Shown in pieces: positions 30,222-39,358 of a stretch of 51,868 bases of DNA. This DNA comes from Thermoanaerobaculia bacterium. Lineage in GTDB: Bacteria > Acidobacteriota > Thermoanaerobaculia > Multivoradales > UBA5704. The DNA lies in the NCBI GenBank assembly GCA_044226625.1, contig JBGAGQ010000046.1, forward strand, positions 1 to 51,868, in the 5' to 3' direction. The position numbers and the translations under genes were made by a program. The notes under the pieces were generated by a model. It was not told the DNA's origin, made no database searches, and worked only from the letters and a program-made list of their open reading frames with translations. Position 1 is the first letter of the stretch, and each line of letters begins with the position of its first letter.

Positions 30222-30869
30222 TTGTCGAAGCTCCTGGTCCGCAGTTTCGGTCTCTCTCTCGACGGCTACGGCGCGGGGCCGAATCAAAGCCTGGATCACC
30301 CCCTCGGCGAGCGGGGCCCCGAGATGATGCAGGCGTTCTTCTTCACCCGCGTCTGGCAACGAATGCATGGTCAAGGTCCGGGCGAGACGGGGGTCGACAA
30401 CGAGATGGCGGAGGTCGGCTTCTTGAACTTCGGCGCCTGGATCCTCGGGCGTAACATGTTCGGACCCGTGCGCGGCCCTTGGCCCGACGAGAGTTGGAAG
30501 GGTTGGTGGGGTGACGAGCCTCCGTACCACACCCCCGTTTTCGTGCTGACCCATCACCCGCGCGCCTCGCTCGAGATGGCCGGGGGTACGGTTTTCCACT
30601 TCGTGACCGAGGGGATCCACGCCGCCCTCGAGCGGGCGAAAGACGCCGCCGGAGAACGGGACGTCCGGCTCGGAGGTGGAGTGGCGACCGTTCGCCAATA
30701 CCTTCAAGCCGGCCTGGTCGACGGGCTCCATCTGGCGCTCGCGCCGGTCCTGCTCGGCCGCGGTGAAAATCTGTTCGAGGGCCTCGATTTGCCCGCCCTC
30801 GGCTACGAGGTCGAAAAGACCGTAGCCGGGGAGCGGGCCACCCACGTTTTTCTCGCCAGGCGGAGCTAA
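30222..30869 (+). CDS. Dihydrofolate reductase-like (RibD C-terminal) family protein
   Basis: SLDGYGAGP, GAWILGRNMF, PPYHTPVFVLTH, VRLGGGVATVRQYL, PVLLGRG. SD GGAGG upstream of TTG. Confidence 0.88.
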   Translation: MSKLLVRSFGLSLDGYGAGPNQSLDHPLGERGPEMMQAFFFTRVWQRMHGQGPGETGVDNEMAEVGFLNFGAWILGRNMFGPVRGPWPDESWKGWWGDEPPYHTPVFVLTHHPRASLEMAGGTVFHFVTEGIHAALERAKDAAGERDVRLGGGVATVRQYLQAGLVDGLHLALAPVLLGRGENLFEGLDLPALGYEVEKTVAGERATHVFLARRS

Positions 30870-30909
30870 GCTCTTCCAGAGCCGAGAACCACCCAAAGAA
30901 ACCACGAGC

Positions 30910-32220
30910 GTGTTCACCCGGGCTCCTTCGGCATCCCAAACCGCGACTTCCCCTGCGGACATGTCCAGCCGCTGTGGCCCGGCGGAGGCGGGTCGGGAGC
31001 CCGTATCCGAGCTGTCTGTCGAAAGGGCGGAACGACTTGGGCATTCGATCGAAACCCTCGCGGCGGCCGGTGATTCGCCCCTTCAGCGAACCCTCAGCCT
31101 TCATGGCGAGACCGGGGTGCAGGATCGGCACCTCGCGCACCTGAACGCGCTGCTCGGCTCAAGCGGGGCGCAGGTCAAGCGTGACGGCGATCGAGTCTCC
31201 TTCTCCTCCCATCCGGTGGCCGACGAAGGGCGCAAGCACGCGGGCTACAGGCTTCTCCGGCGGCTGATCGACAACCAGCATGATGTGAGGGTTGGAACCC
31301 ACCCTGACCAACCGAACAGAGATGCCGTCGCTGTGCCCAACAACGCGGAAGCATCTTTCGACAAAACGCGCGGCTCCGGCTCGTTCGTCCATTTGCCGGC
31401 TATCGCGAAACCGAACCAAGTTACGACCTTCGACAAGGGAACCCAAGAGCACGTGGTCGAGGATTCGCCGGTTCACCTTCAGCTGGGGCATGAATTGATC
31501 CACGCGGATCACATTCAGCGCGGCGTGGCGGTGCGACCTGGAAACAAGGTCCGCCGGCAGCTCGCGGGGAAGCTCCGGGGTTTCGGAGATTTCTCGACCG
31601 CGGTGGAGGAGGAGCGCGAAGAGGGGATCACGATCGGCACTCTGCCGGGTGAAAACCCCTCCGAGGACATCACGGAGAATCAGCTTCGCGCGTCGCACGG
31701 TGCAAACCCGAGGGCGGCTCATGCGGAGATCGCGGAGCATCTCACGCGCGAGCACGGCGGACGGCTCGAAGAGCTCAGTCGCCAACACGCGACGGTTCAG
31801 GAGGAGATCGAGAAGCACGAGGCATCGGCGCGAGCTTCGAACCAAGCGGGTATCGAAGCCGCTCACCGCCTGGAGGAGGCGAGGAAGAAGGGAGCGGAAA
31901 TCCAAAGCTCGATCGATTTCGACGAGCGAATGATCAAGAGCTTCCGCGAAGATGGCGACCGGCCCGTGTTGGGTACGGCGGTCCCGGGAGAGCAATTCGC
32001 CCTCGCGCATGAACGAAGCCTCGCCGATGGACGGCGACGGCAAGAGCAGCACGCCAAAGAGATCGAGGCCCATACGCGCGAGATCGAAAGGCACCGGGCG
32101 GAGTTCGAGCTCCACCTGGCAAACCGCGCCAGAGCCGCCGAGCGAGCGGGCCCGATCCGCGACGAATTCGGGCGATTGCGCCCCCGGTTGGAGACGCTCA
32201 AGAAGCTGATTTCTTCGTGA
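30910..32220 (+). CDS. M91 (NleD-like) zinc metallopeptidase domain protein with C-terminal coiled coil; putative toxin/effector
   Basis: LGHELIHADH...EEGITIG...ITENQLRASHGANPR matches the M91 pattern HELxH..EE..T.G..ITEN..R. Start uncertain (GTG 30910 or ATG 30961). No signal peptide. Confidence 0.7.
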   Translation: MFTRAPSASQTATSPADMSSRCGPAEAGREPVSELSVERAERLGHSIETLAAAGDSPLQRTLSLHGETGVQDRHLAHLNALLGSSGAQVKRDGDRVSFSSHPVADEGRKHAGYRLLRRLIDNQHDVRVGTHPDQPNRDAVAVPNNAEASFDKTRGSGSFVHLPAIAKPNQVTTFDKGTQEHVVEDSPVHLQLGHELIHADHIQRGVAVRPGNKVRRQLAGKLRGFGDFSTAVEEEREEGITIGTLPGENPSEDITENQLRASHGANPRAAHAEIAEHLTREHGGRLEELSRQHATVQEEIEKHEASARASNQAGIEAAHRLEEARKKGAEIQSSIDFDERMIKSFREDGDRPVLGTAVPGEQFALAHERSLADGRRRQEQHAKEIEAHTREIERHRAEFELHLANRARAAERAGPIRDEFGRLRPRLETLKKLISS

Positions 32221-32241
32221 AGGTCGACGCCTAGAAGCTTC

Positions 32242-32271
32242 TTGCGGGCCTTGCCGGATTTCTGCTAGTCT
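32242..32271 (+). promoter_or_regulatory. Putative rpmB promoter
   Basis: TTGCGG-N18-TAGTCT with extended -10 TG. Confidence 0.45.
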
Positions 32272-32336
32272 CCGCGCTCCTCTCGGGCGGTTGCCGACGT
32301 GTGCCTCCCGATGAGCAAAAAGTCAGGAGAAGTCAG

Positions 32337-32564
32337 ATGGCCAAGCAATGTGAGGTTTGCGGCAAAGGCACGCAGTTCGGCCGTAACGTCAGCCACGCGC
32401 ACAACGTGACGCCGAGAAGGAATGAGGCGAATCTTCAGCGGGTCCGTGGCGTGGTCGCTGGCGTCGTGCGCCGCGTCCTCGTCTGCACCCGTTGCCTGCG
32501 GAGCGGTGCCGTCACCAAGCCGCCCGTTCGCACCTGGACTCCGGAGCAGACCGCCGCGAAGTGA
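32337..32564 (+). CDS. rpmB: 50S ribosomal protein L28 (Zn-ribbon C+ form)
   Basis: MAKQCEVCGKG..FGRNVSHAHN..RR..NLQ..VCTRCLRSG; SD AGGAG. Confidence 0.95.
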   Translation: MAKQCEVCGKGTQFGRNVSHAHNVTPRRNEANLQRVRGVVAGVVRRVLVCTRCLRSGAVTKPPVRTWTPEQTAAK

Positions 32565-32590
32565 GGGGAGTCCGCTTCGGCGGCTCCCTC
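32563..32590. terminator. Hairpin terminator between convergent rpmB and rel
   Basis: GAGGGGAGTCCGC-TTCG-GCGGCTCCCTC with a cUUCGg tetraloop, followed by a pyrimidine-rich tract. Confidence 0.65.
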
Positions 32591-32623
32591 GTCATTCCCT
32601 TCCTTTCGTTCCGCTTCAGGCGC

Positions 32624-34855
32624 CTACAGCGAGTCGTCGGTCCCGATGCCGGACATCCGGCGCTCGACCCGCCGTACCCCGGCGATGGTTCGAACGTTGC
32701 GAAGCAACTTGTCGAGGTGTTTGCGGTCGCGCAGCTCGACGACGGCTTCGACTCTCGCGTGCTCCCCTTCGGTTTCGGCGGAGATCTGCGAGATGTTGCT
32801 TTCCGCTTTGGTGATCGCCTCGGTGACGCGGGCCAGTACGCCGGGTTGATTGTCAGCCTCCATCGTCAAGGCGATCCGGTAGCGGTCCTCGCTCCGGCGC
32901 GCCCACTCGACCTCGATCTCCCGATCGGGGTTGTAGAGCAGGTTCTTCACGTTCGGGCAATCGGCCGAATGGACGGAAACCCCTCGTCCCCGCGTCACGT
33001 AGCCCAAGATGTCCTCGCCGGGAAGGGGATTGCAGCACTTGGCCAGATAGGCGAGCAGATCTCCCTGTCCTTTGACGAGGATCGGTCCGTTGCCGAAAGG
33101 CAGGAGTCGCCCGACCGCTTGCCGGAGGGGGCTGGGCTTCGGCGGGGCGACTTCGGCGAGCTTCTCGTCACCCACCACCCGGGTCAGCACCTGACGGACC
33201 TCGACTTTGCCGAAACCGATCCGGGCGAGCAAGTCGTCCGGCTTTCCGATCCCTTCTTCCGCGGTGTACTTCGAGAGCTCCGGGCTCTCTAGGATCTTCT
33301 TCGGGTTCAGCTTGTAGCGGCGAGCCTCTTTTTCGAAGATCCGGCGGCCGATTTCGACCGCCCGCTGTTTTTGCTGGACGTTCAGCCACTGGCGGATCTT
33401 GCTCTTGGCCCGCGAGGTGACGACGAAGGTGAGCCAGTCTCGGCTCGGTTGACGCCCCGGCGTGGAGAGGATCTCGACCAGATCGCCGTTTTGCAGGGCG
33501 GTCCGGATCGGCACCAGGCGCCCGTTCACCCGCGCGCCGGAGCATTGATGGCCGAGGTCGGTGTGCACGTGGTACGCGAAGTCGAGCGGCGTCGCCCCGC
33601 GCGGGAAGGCGAAAACCTCTCCCTTGGGGCTGAAGACGTAGACCTCGTCGGGATAGAGGTCGACCTTGAGCGCGGTGAGGAACGCGCGCGAATCGGGGAC
33701 CTCCTGCTGCCACTCGAGCAACTGGCGGAGCCACACCACATTGTCGCCGTCCTTCTCGCGGACGCCAGGCCGGCCTTCCTTGTAGCGCCAGTGCGCGGCG
33801 ATGCCTTCTTCGGCGATCAGGTCCATGTCGCGGGTGCGGATTTGCACCTCGAACGGCTGCCCCCCGTCGCCCACCACGGTCGTGTGGAGCGACTGGTAGA
33901 GATTCGGCTTCGGCATCGCGATGTAGTCCTTGAAGCGGCCTGGGATCGGCCGCCATCCCTGATGGACGATCCCGAGCGCGCCGTAAGTGTCGCGAAGGTT
34001 GCCGGTGACGATGCGAAAAGCCAGATAGTCGTACAGCTGGGAGATGTCGATCCCCTGCCGCCGCAGCTTCTCGTAGATCGAGTAGTAGCGCTTGATCCGA
34101 AAGCTGATCTCCGCCTCGATCCCGGCCGCCTCGAGCGTCCGGGAGAGCCGATCGCGAACGCGCAGCGTGAGCGACTCGCCAAGCTTCTTTTTCTCCTCGA
34201 TCTTCGAGTAGAGCTCGGCGTACTGGAGCGGAAACAGGTGGTAGAAGGCGAGGTCTTCGAGATCCCCTTTGACGCGCGCCATGCCGAGCCGATGGGCGAT
34301 CGGAGCGTAGATTTCGAGCGTCTCGCGCGAGATCCGCTGCCGCGCTTCGACCGCCAAGTGTTCCAGCGTCTGCATGTTGTGCAGCCGGTCGGCGAGCTTG
34401 ATCACGATCACCCGGATGTCCTTGGCCGAGGCGAGGATCATCTTGCGGAAGGTCTCGGCCTGCGCGTCATCGCGGCGCACGTACTCGTGCCGGCCGATCT
34501 TCGTGACGCCGTCGACCAGCTCCGCGACCTCGACGCCGAACTCCGCTTCCAGAAACTCTCGGGTGGTGAGCGTGTCCTCGATCACGTCGTGCAGAAGGCC
34601 GACCGCCGCGCAGGTCTGGTCGAATTTCAGCTCCGCGAGCTGATAGGCGACCTGGAGCGGGTGGATCATGTACGGCTCGCCCGAACGGCGAAGCTGGTCG
34701 CCGTGCATCCGCACCGAGAAGTCGTAGACCGTACGGAGGAAGCTCTCGTCGACGGGCCGGCCGGTGAGCTCGAGCTGCCGGATGACGTCTTCGATCTTGA
34801 CGGCGGGTCGCGCGGCGACCGGCGGTGGCGGAAGCTTCTTCGCGCCGAGAGGCAT
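32624..34855 (-). CDS. rel: Bifunctional (p)ppGpp synthetase/hydrolase (long RSH)
   Basis: HD motif LLHDVIED, IKLADRLHNM, RFKDYIAMPKPNLYQSLHT (RxKD type), GIAAHWRYK, TGS (DFAYHVHT), AKCCNP, C-terminal ACT. Confidence 0.96.
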   Translation of the reverse strand: MPLGAKKLPPPPVAARPAVKIEDVIRQLELTGRPVDESFLRTVYDFSVRMHGDQLRRSGEPYMIHPLQVAYQLAELKFDQTCAAVGLLHDVIEDTLTTREFLEAEFGVEVAELVDGVTKIGRHEYVRRDDAQAETFRKMILASAKDIRVIVIKLADRLHNMQTLEHLAVEARQRISRETLEIYAPIAHRLGMARVKGDLEDLAFYHLFPLQYAELYSKIEEKKKLGESLTLRVRDRLSRTLEAAGIEAEISFRIKRYYSIYEKLRRQGIDISQLYDYLAFRIVTGNLRDTYGALGIVHQGWRPIPGRFKDYIAMPKPNLYQSLHTTVVGDGGQPFEVQIRTRDMDLIAEEGIAAHWRYKEGRPGVREKDGDNVVWLRQLLEWQQEVPDSRAFLTALKVDLYPDEVYVFSPKGEVFAFPRGATPLDFAYHVHTDLGHQCSGARVNGRLVPIRTALQNGDLVEILSTPGRQPSRDWLTFVVTSRAKSKIRQWLNVQQKQRAVEIGRRIFEKEARRYKLNPKKILESPELSKYTAEEGIGKPDDLLARIGFGKVEVRQVLTRVVGDEKLAEVAPPKPSPLRQAVGRLLPFGNGPILVKGQGDLLAYLAKCCNPLPGEDILGYVTRGRGVSVHSADCPNVKNLLYNPDREIEVEWARRSEDRYRIALTMEADNQPGVLARVTEAITKAESNISQISAETEGEHARVEAVVELRDRKHLDKLLRNVRTIAGVRRVERRMSGIGTDDSL

Positions 34856-34861
34856 GGACCG

Positions 34862-34867
34862 ATTATA
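34862..34867 (-). promoter_or_regulatory. -10 hexamer TATAAT 6 nt upstream of the rel ATG (probable leaderless promoter)
   Basis: Minus strand ...CCCTATAATCGGTCCATG. No SD. The secF terminator lies just upstream. Confidence 0.6.
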
Positions 34868-34887
34868 GGGCGAGGGGAAACGCCGAA

Positions 34888-34925
34888 AATGAAAAACGGC
34901 GGCCCCGTACGGAGGGCCACCGTTT
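34888..34925 (-). terminator. Intrinsic terminator after secF
   Basis: Minus strand AAACGGTGGCCC-TCCGTACG-GGGCCGCCGTTT followed by TTCATTTT. Confidence 0.75.
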
Positions 34926-34948
34926 GGCGAGCTACCGGGAGCGGGATT

Positions 34949-36145
34949 TTACGCCGCCGAAGCCGCCTTCTTCTGGGCCGCTTTGCGCGACTTGGCATCG
35001 GCTCCGAAGTACTGCTCCCACAGCAGTGCGAACGGGCTCGCGACGTAGATCGACGAGTAGGTACCCACGACGATGCCGACCGCCAGAACGAAGGCGAATC
35101 CGCGCAGCACCGGGCCGCCGAAGATCAGCAACGCGATGACCGAAAGCAGCGTGAGGCCGGAGGTCAGGATGGTTCGGGAGAGCGTCTGGTTGATGCTCTC
35201 GTTCATCGTCTCGATCAGCGGCTTCCGCTTGTTCTTCCGCATGTTCTCGCGGATCCGGTCGAAGATGACGACCGTATCGTTGACCGAGTAACCAACCAGG
35301 GTGAGGAATGCCGCGACCGTGGTGAGGTTGAATTCGAAGCGGAAGATCGCGAACATGCCGATCGTCACCAGGACGTCGTGAAGGCTCGCCATCACGGCGC
35401 CGATGCCGAACCGAAGCTCGAACCGGAACGCGATGTAGACCAGCATGCCGACCAGCGACAGGGCGACCGCCCAGAATCCCTGACCGCGTAGCTCTTTGCC
35501 GATCTGCGGGCCGACGGTCTCGACGCCGACGATCGAGTAATCGCCGAGTTGAGCCTTTGCCTGGAGGGCCGAAAGTACCTTCGGACTCACGCCGTCGACT
35601 TTGCTCAAGGCGTTCCAGTCGGTGAGGATGCCCACCTTGTGGCGCTCGGCGAGCACCTTGTCGGCCACTTCGGCATAGTGGGCTCTCGCCGCTTCGGCGC
35701 CCTGCCCTGCCACGGCGTCCGGATCGCTTTGGACGAGAAGGCCCGCGACGGCGTCCGATCCGATCGCGTTCAGGTCGGCTTTGTCGCCGAGGTTCTGGTT
35801 GTACCGGCGGTTGAGCGCCGCCACCACCTTGTCGCGGCTGCCCTCCTCTGCGCCTTTGAGGATCGGGGTCTTGATCAGCACTTCTTTGGAGTCCCCGTCG
35901 CCGAAGCGCTGGATCTGCGGATCGGTGATTCCCGCGCCGCCGATCAACTGGCGGAGCTCGTCGACCTGGGGCTGGTCTTTGAACAGGACATTGACCTGCG
36001 TGCCCCCCTCGAAGTCGATGCCCAGACGGATCCAGTCGCTCCAGAAAATGGCCACCACGCCGAGCGCGACCAACGCGAACGAGACGACGATCCAGAACTT
36101 CCGGTACTTCATGAAGTCGATGTGAGTTTCTTTGATCAGCTGCAT
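34949..36145 (-). CDS. secF: Protein translocase subunit SecF with enlarged periplasmic domain
   Basis: LGIDFEGGT, ETVGPQIGKEL, YIAFRFE, LHDV, GYSVNDTVVIFDRIREN, SINQTLSRTILTS, GTYSSIYVASP. Confidence 0.95.
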   Translation of the reverse strand: MQLIKETHIDFMKYRKFWIVVSFALVALGVVAIFWSDWIRLGIDFEGGTQVNVLFKDQPQVDELRQLIGGAGITDPQIQRFGDGDSKEVLIKTPILKGAEEGSRDKVVAALNRRYNQNLGDKADLNAIGSDAVAGLLVQSDPDAVAGQGAEAARAHYAEVADKVLAERHKVGILTDWNALSKVDGVSPKVLSALQAKAQLGDYSIVGVETVGPQIGKELRGQGFWAVALSLVGMLVYIAFRFELRFGIGAVMASLHDVLVTIGMFAIFRFEFNLTTVAAFLTLVGYSVNDTVVIFDRIRENMRKNKRKPLIETMNESINQTLSRTILTSGLTLLSVIALLIFGGPVLRGFAFVLAVGIVVGTYSSIYVASPFALLWEQYFGADAKSRKAAQKKAASAA

Positions 36146-36179
36146 CGTGTGCTCCTTGGTGTCTCCTGGCTCGCGCGGG

Positions 36180-37721
36180 CTAGATCGAGAGCTTTTCGAC
36201 CCGGCGGTTGTGGAGCGCCAGATCGAAGAGCCAGCGGCTGACGAACACCGCGGTGAACATGGAGGCGAGCAGACCGATCGAGAGGGTGACGGCGAAGCCG
36301 CGGACCGGGCCGGTGCCGAACTGGAACAGGAACAGCGCGGAAATCAGGGTGGTGACGTTGGCGTCGATGATCGCTGAAAGCGCGCGCTCGAAGCCCAGGT
36401 CGATCGCGGAACGGACGGTCCTTCCGGCCTTGAGCTCCTCCCGGATGCGCTCGAAGATCAGGACGTTGGCGTCGACCGCCATGCCGATCGTCAGGATGAT
36501 GCCCGCGATGCCGGGCAGCGTGAGCGTCGAGTGGAACATGCCGAGACCGCCGAACAGGATGACCACGTTCAGGGCCAATGCGATGACGGCGGCCATGCCC
36601 GAAAGCGCGTAGATGACCAACATCGCCAGAATGATCGCCGAGGTGCCGACGATGCCGGCGAGGAGGCCTTGACGGATCGAGTCGCGGCCGAGCGAAGGAC
36701 CGACCGTCCGCTCTTCGAGGTAGGTGAGACCGGCCGGCAGCGAGCCGGACCGGAGCGTCGTCGTGAGGTCGTCCACCTCCTGCTGGGTGAAACCTCCCTC
36801 GATCACGCCGGAGTCGGTGATCCGGGCGTTGATCCGCGGAGCCGAAACGACCTTCCCGTCCAGGATGATCGCGAGCCCCGTGCCGATGTTCGCGCCCGTC
36901 GCGTCACCGAACAGCTTCGACCCTTGGGCGGTGAGGCTGAAGTTCACGACCGGCTCGCCCAGGCGACCCTGGCCGGGGCGAGCGGTCTTCAGGTCACGCC
37001 CGGTGATCACCCGTTGCTTCTCCACCAGGTAGTACTGCTTGCCGGTGACCGTGCGGGTCACGTCGTCGCGGATGTCGCCAGGAAGGATCTCGAGGTTCGG
37101 TGCGACGGCACCGAGCGCCTCGGGGGTCGGCGCCGGGCCGCCCCGCACCAGCCGGAACTCCAGGAAGGCGACGTTCTTGATCAGACGCCGAACCCGCTCC
37201 GGATCGTCGACGCCGGGGAGCTGGACCACCACCCGATAGCCCGAGGCCGGGGTGATCACGGGCTCGGCGACGCCGAATTCGTCGATGCGGTTGCGGATCG
37301 TCTGGACCGCCTGCGTCACCGCGAGGTCGCGGGTCCGCGCGGCTTCGGCGGGCTTGATCGAGAGGACGACCTTGTCGCCGTTCTCCTTGGAATCCCAGGC
37401 GGGCAAGTTCGCGCGCACGAGCTGGCCGAGCCCGTCCTTGGTCTCGGGGGTGAGCCCCCCGATCTCGAACGAAGTCGGGCTTAGGCGCGTCGGGGAGATC
37501 GAGATCCCTTTGTCCTTGGCCTCGCTGACCAACCGCTGCATGTCGGAGTCGGAATCGGCGCGGAGCGCGTCGTCCGTCTGCACCTGCAGGACCAGGTGCA
37601 TGCCTCCCTGAAGATCGAGGCCGAGCTTGATCTTCTTGTCGAGCGGGTAGAAGAACCAGACCGACAGCGCCAGGATGGCGCCGATCAGGATTCCTCGCGA
37701 CAACAGATTCGACGACTTCAT
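36180..37721 (-). CDS. secD: Protein translocase subunit SecD
   Basis: KLGLDLQGG, RNRIDEFGVAEP, VQLPG, VGPSLG, TLPGIAGIILTIGMAVDANVLIFERIREE, GTGPVRGFA. Confidence 0.96.
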   Translation of the reverse strand: MKSSNLLSRGILIGAILALSVWFFYPLDKKIKLGLDLQGGMHLVLQVQTDDALRADSDSDMQRLVSEAKDKGISISPTRLSPTSFEIGGLTPETKDGLGQLVRANLPAWDSKENGDKVVLSIKPAEAARTRDLAVTQAVQTIRNRIDEFGVAEPVITPASGYRVVVQLPGVDDPERVRRLIKNVAFLEFRLVRGGPAPTPEALGAVAPNLEILPGDIRDDVTRTVTGKQYYLVEKQRVITGRDLKTARPGQGRLGEPVVNFSLTAQGSKLFGDATGANIGTGLAIILDGKVVSAPRINARITDSGVIEGGFTQQEVDDLTTTLRSGSLPAGLTYLEERTVGPSLGRDSIRQGLLAGIVGTSAIILAMLVIYALSGMAAVIALALNVVILFGGLGMFHSTLTLPGIAGIILTIGMAVDANVLIFERIREELKAGRTVRSAIDLGFERALSAIIDANVTTLISALFLFQFGTGPVRGFAVTLSIGLLASMFTAVFVSRWLFDLALHNRRVEKLSI

Positions 37722-38053
37722 GCGTTGCTTCCTCCCTTGTCCTCGTCGGCTTCGAGGCCCGCGATCGCCGACTTGGCGAAGCGAATGCGGACGTTGTCGG
37801 CGACCTTGAGCGTGATCGTGCTCCCCTCGATCGCGTAGACCTCGCCGAAGATGCCGGACGAGGTGACCACGCGGTCGCCGCGCTTCAGCGTCTCGAGGGT
37901 CTGTTGCAGGGCCTTTTGCCGCTTACGCATCGGCAAGAGCAAGACGAGGTAGAAGATGGCGAAAATCGCGAGCATCGGAACGATGCTCAGCAGCGGACTT
38001 CGGGCGGGCTCGGCCTGGAAGGCCAGCCAAAGACATGGGTTCATCGCGTTCAT
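37718..38053 (-). CDS. yajC: Preprotein translocase subunit YajC
   Basis: TM IVPMLAIFAIFYLVLLLP, LKRGDRVVTSSGIFG, AKSAI; sits between tgt and secD. Start 38053 or 38044. Confidence 0.92.
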   Translation of the reverse strand: MNAMNPCLWLAFQAEPARSPLLSIVPMLAIFAIFYLVLLLPMRKRQKALQQTLETLKRGDRVVTSSGIFGEVYAIEGSTITLKVADNVRIRFAKSAIAGLEADEDKGGSNA

Positions 38054-38136
38054 CCTGACGGCTCCCGCCGGTCCGGCCGGGCCGGCACTTCGGTTCGCGG
38101 GGGTGGGAAGATCCGGCGGGGCGCCCGCCGTTCGCC

Positions 38137-39264
38137 TCAAGCCTGGCTTTCGCTCGCAGGCCCTTCCGCCGTCCGGAAGGCCGGAGGGGGAACCGAGTTC
38201 GAGAGCGCGCCGAGTTGGATAGCCTGCCGAAGGCGCCCCATAAAGTCAAGGTAATAGCGGATGTTGTGGAGGGTCGCGAGGACCGGCGCGGTAATTTCGC
38301 CGGCTCGGAAAAGGTGGTGCAGGAAGGCTCGTGAGATCCGCACGCAGGTCGGGCAGCCGCAGTCCGGATCGAGCGGACGGGGGTCGTCCTTGTAGGCGGA
38401 GTTTCTGATCTTGAGCGGCCCGGCATTCGTGAACAGCAGGCCATGGCGGGCGTTCCGTGCCGGAAGGACGCAATCGAACATATCGATGCCACAGCGGACG
38501 GCATGGAGGATGTCCTCCGGCGTGCCTACCCCCATCAGATAGCGGGGCCGGTCTTCCGGCAGGCACGGGGCGGTCCACTCGACCGCGGCCCGCCGTTCGG
38601 CCTCAGGCTCTCCCACCGAGACCCCGCCGATGGCGTAGCCGTCGAAATCGAGCGCCGAAAGGTCGGCCGCGGCCCGCTCTCGCAGGTCGCGATAGGCGCT
38701 CCCCTGGACGATCCCGAACAGTCCTCCCGGTCCCCCCGGCCAGGACTCCCGCGCCCGACGCTCCCAGGCGAGGGTGCGACGCCATGCGGCCTCGGCCGCG
38801 TCGCGCTCGACCGGATAGGGAGGGCATTCGTCGAGCACCATCGCGATGTCGACGCCCATCCGGACCTGGGAGGAGACCACGCTCTCGGGGGTGAAGCGGA
38901 CAGGCGACCCGTCGAGGTGGCTTTTGAAAGTCACCCCGTCGTCGTCCACGCGACGAAGTCCGCCGAGGCTCCAGACCTGGAAACCGCCGCTGTCGGTGAG
39001 GATCGGCCGCCGCCAGCCGGAGAAGGCATGGAGCCCGCCGAGCCGCTCGATGACGTCGATTCCGGGGCGGAGCGTCAGGTGGTAGAGATTCGAGAGCTGG
39101 ATCGAGGCTCCGGCCTCCTCGAGCAGCTGGGGCGGAATCCCCTTGACCGCGCCGAGCGTGCCGACCGGCATGAACGCCGGGGTGTCGATCGCGCCGTGCG
39201 GGGTTTCGAGACGAGCCCAACGCGCGCGGCCGTCCATGCCCCGCACCGAGAAAGACAGCGGCAT
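38137..39264 (-). CDS. tgt: Queuine tRNA-ribosyltransferase
   Basis: TPAFMPVGT, ILTDSGGFQV, LDEC, GIVQG, AIGG, PRYLMGVG, DMFDCVLP, CGCPTC, TLHN. Confidence 0.96.
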   Translation of the reverse strand: MPLSFSVRGMDGRARWARLETPHGAIDTPAFMPVGTLGAVKGIPPQLLEEAGASIQLSNLYHLTLRPGIDVIERLGGLHAFSGWRRPILTDSGGFQVWSLGGLRRVDDDGVTFKSHLDGSPVRFTPESVVSSQVRMGVDIAMVLDECPPYPVERDAAEAAWRRTLAWERRARESWPGGPGGLFGIVQGSAYRDLRERAAADLSALDFDGYAIGGVSVGEPEAERRAAVEWTAPCLPEDRPRYLMGVGTPEDILHAVRCGIDMFDCVLPARNARHGLLFTNAGPLKIRNSAYKDDPRPLDPDCGCPTCVRISRAFLHHLFRAGEITAPVLATLHNIRYYLDFMGRLRQAIQLGALSNSVPPPAFRTAEGPASESQA

Positions 39265-39358
39265 CCGAATCTCCTGCGCGCGATCGGTCGGCGCATGCCG
39301 CGCGATCCGCGGGAGCTCCTCGGAGCTCCCGGACCGTCGGCGTCCTATAGTGAAAGTT

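Noticed and set aside
11851-35491. Many long antisense or alternate-frame ORFs (e.g. 11851-14337, 13158-15050, 25926-27359, 33371-35491)
   Set aside because: Shadow ORFs expected from GC-rich codon usage; they have no recognisable motifs and overlap well-supported genes.
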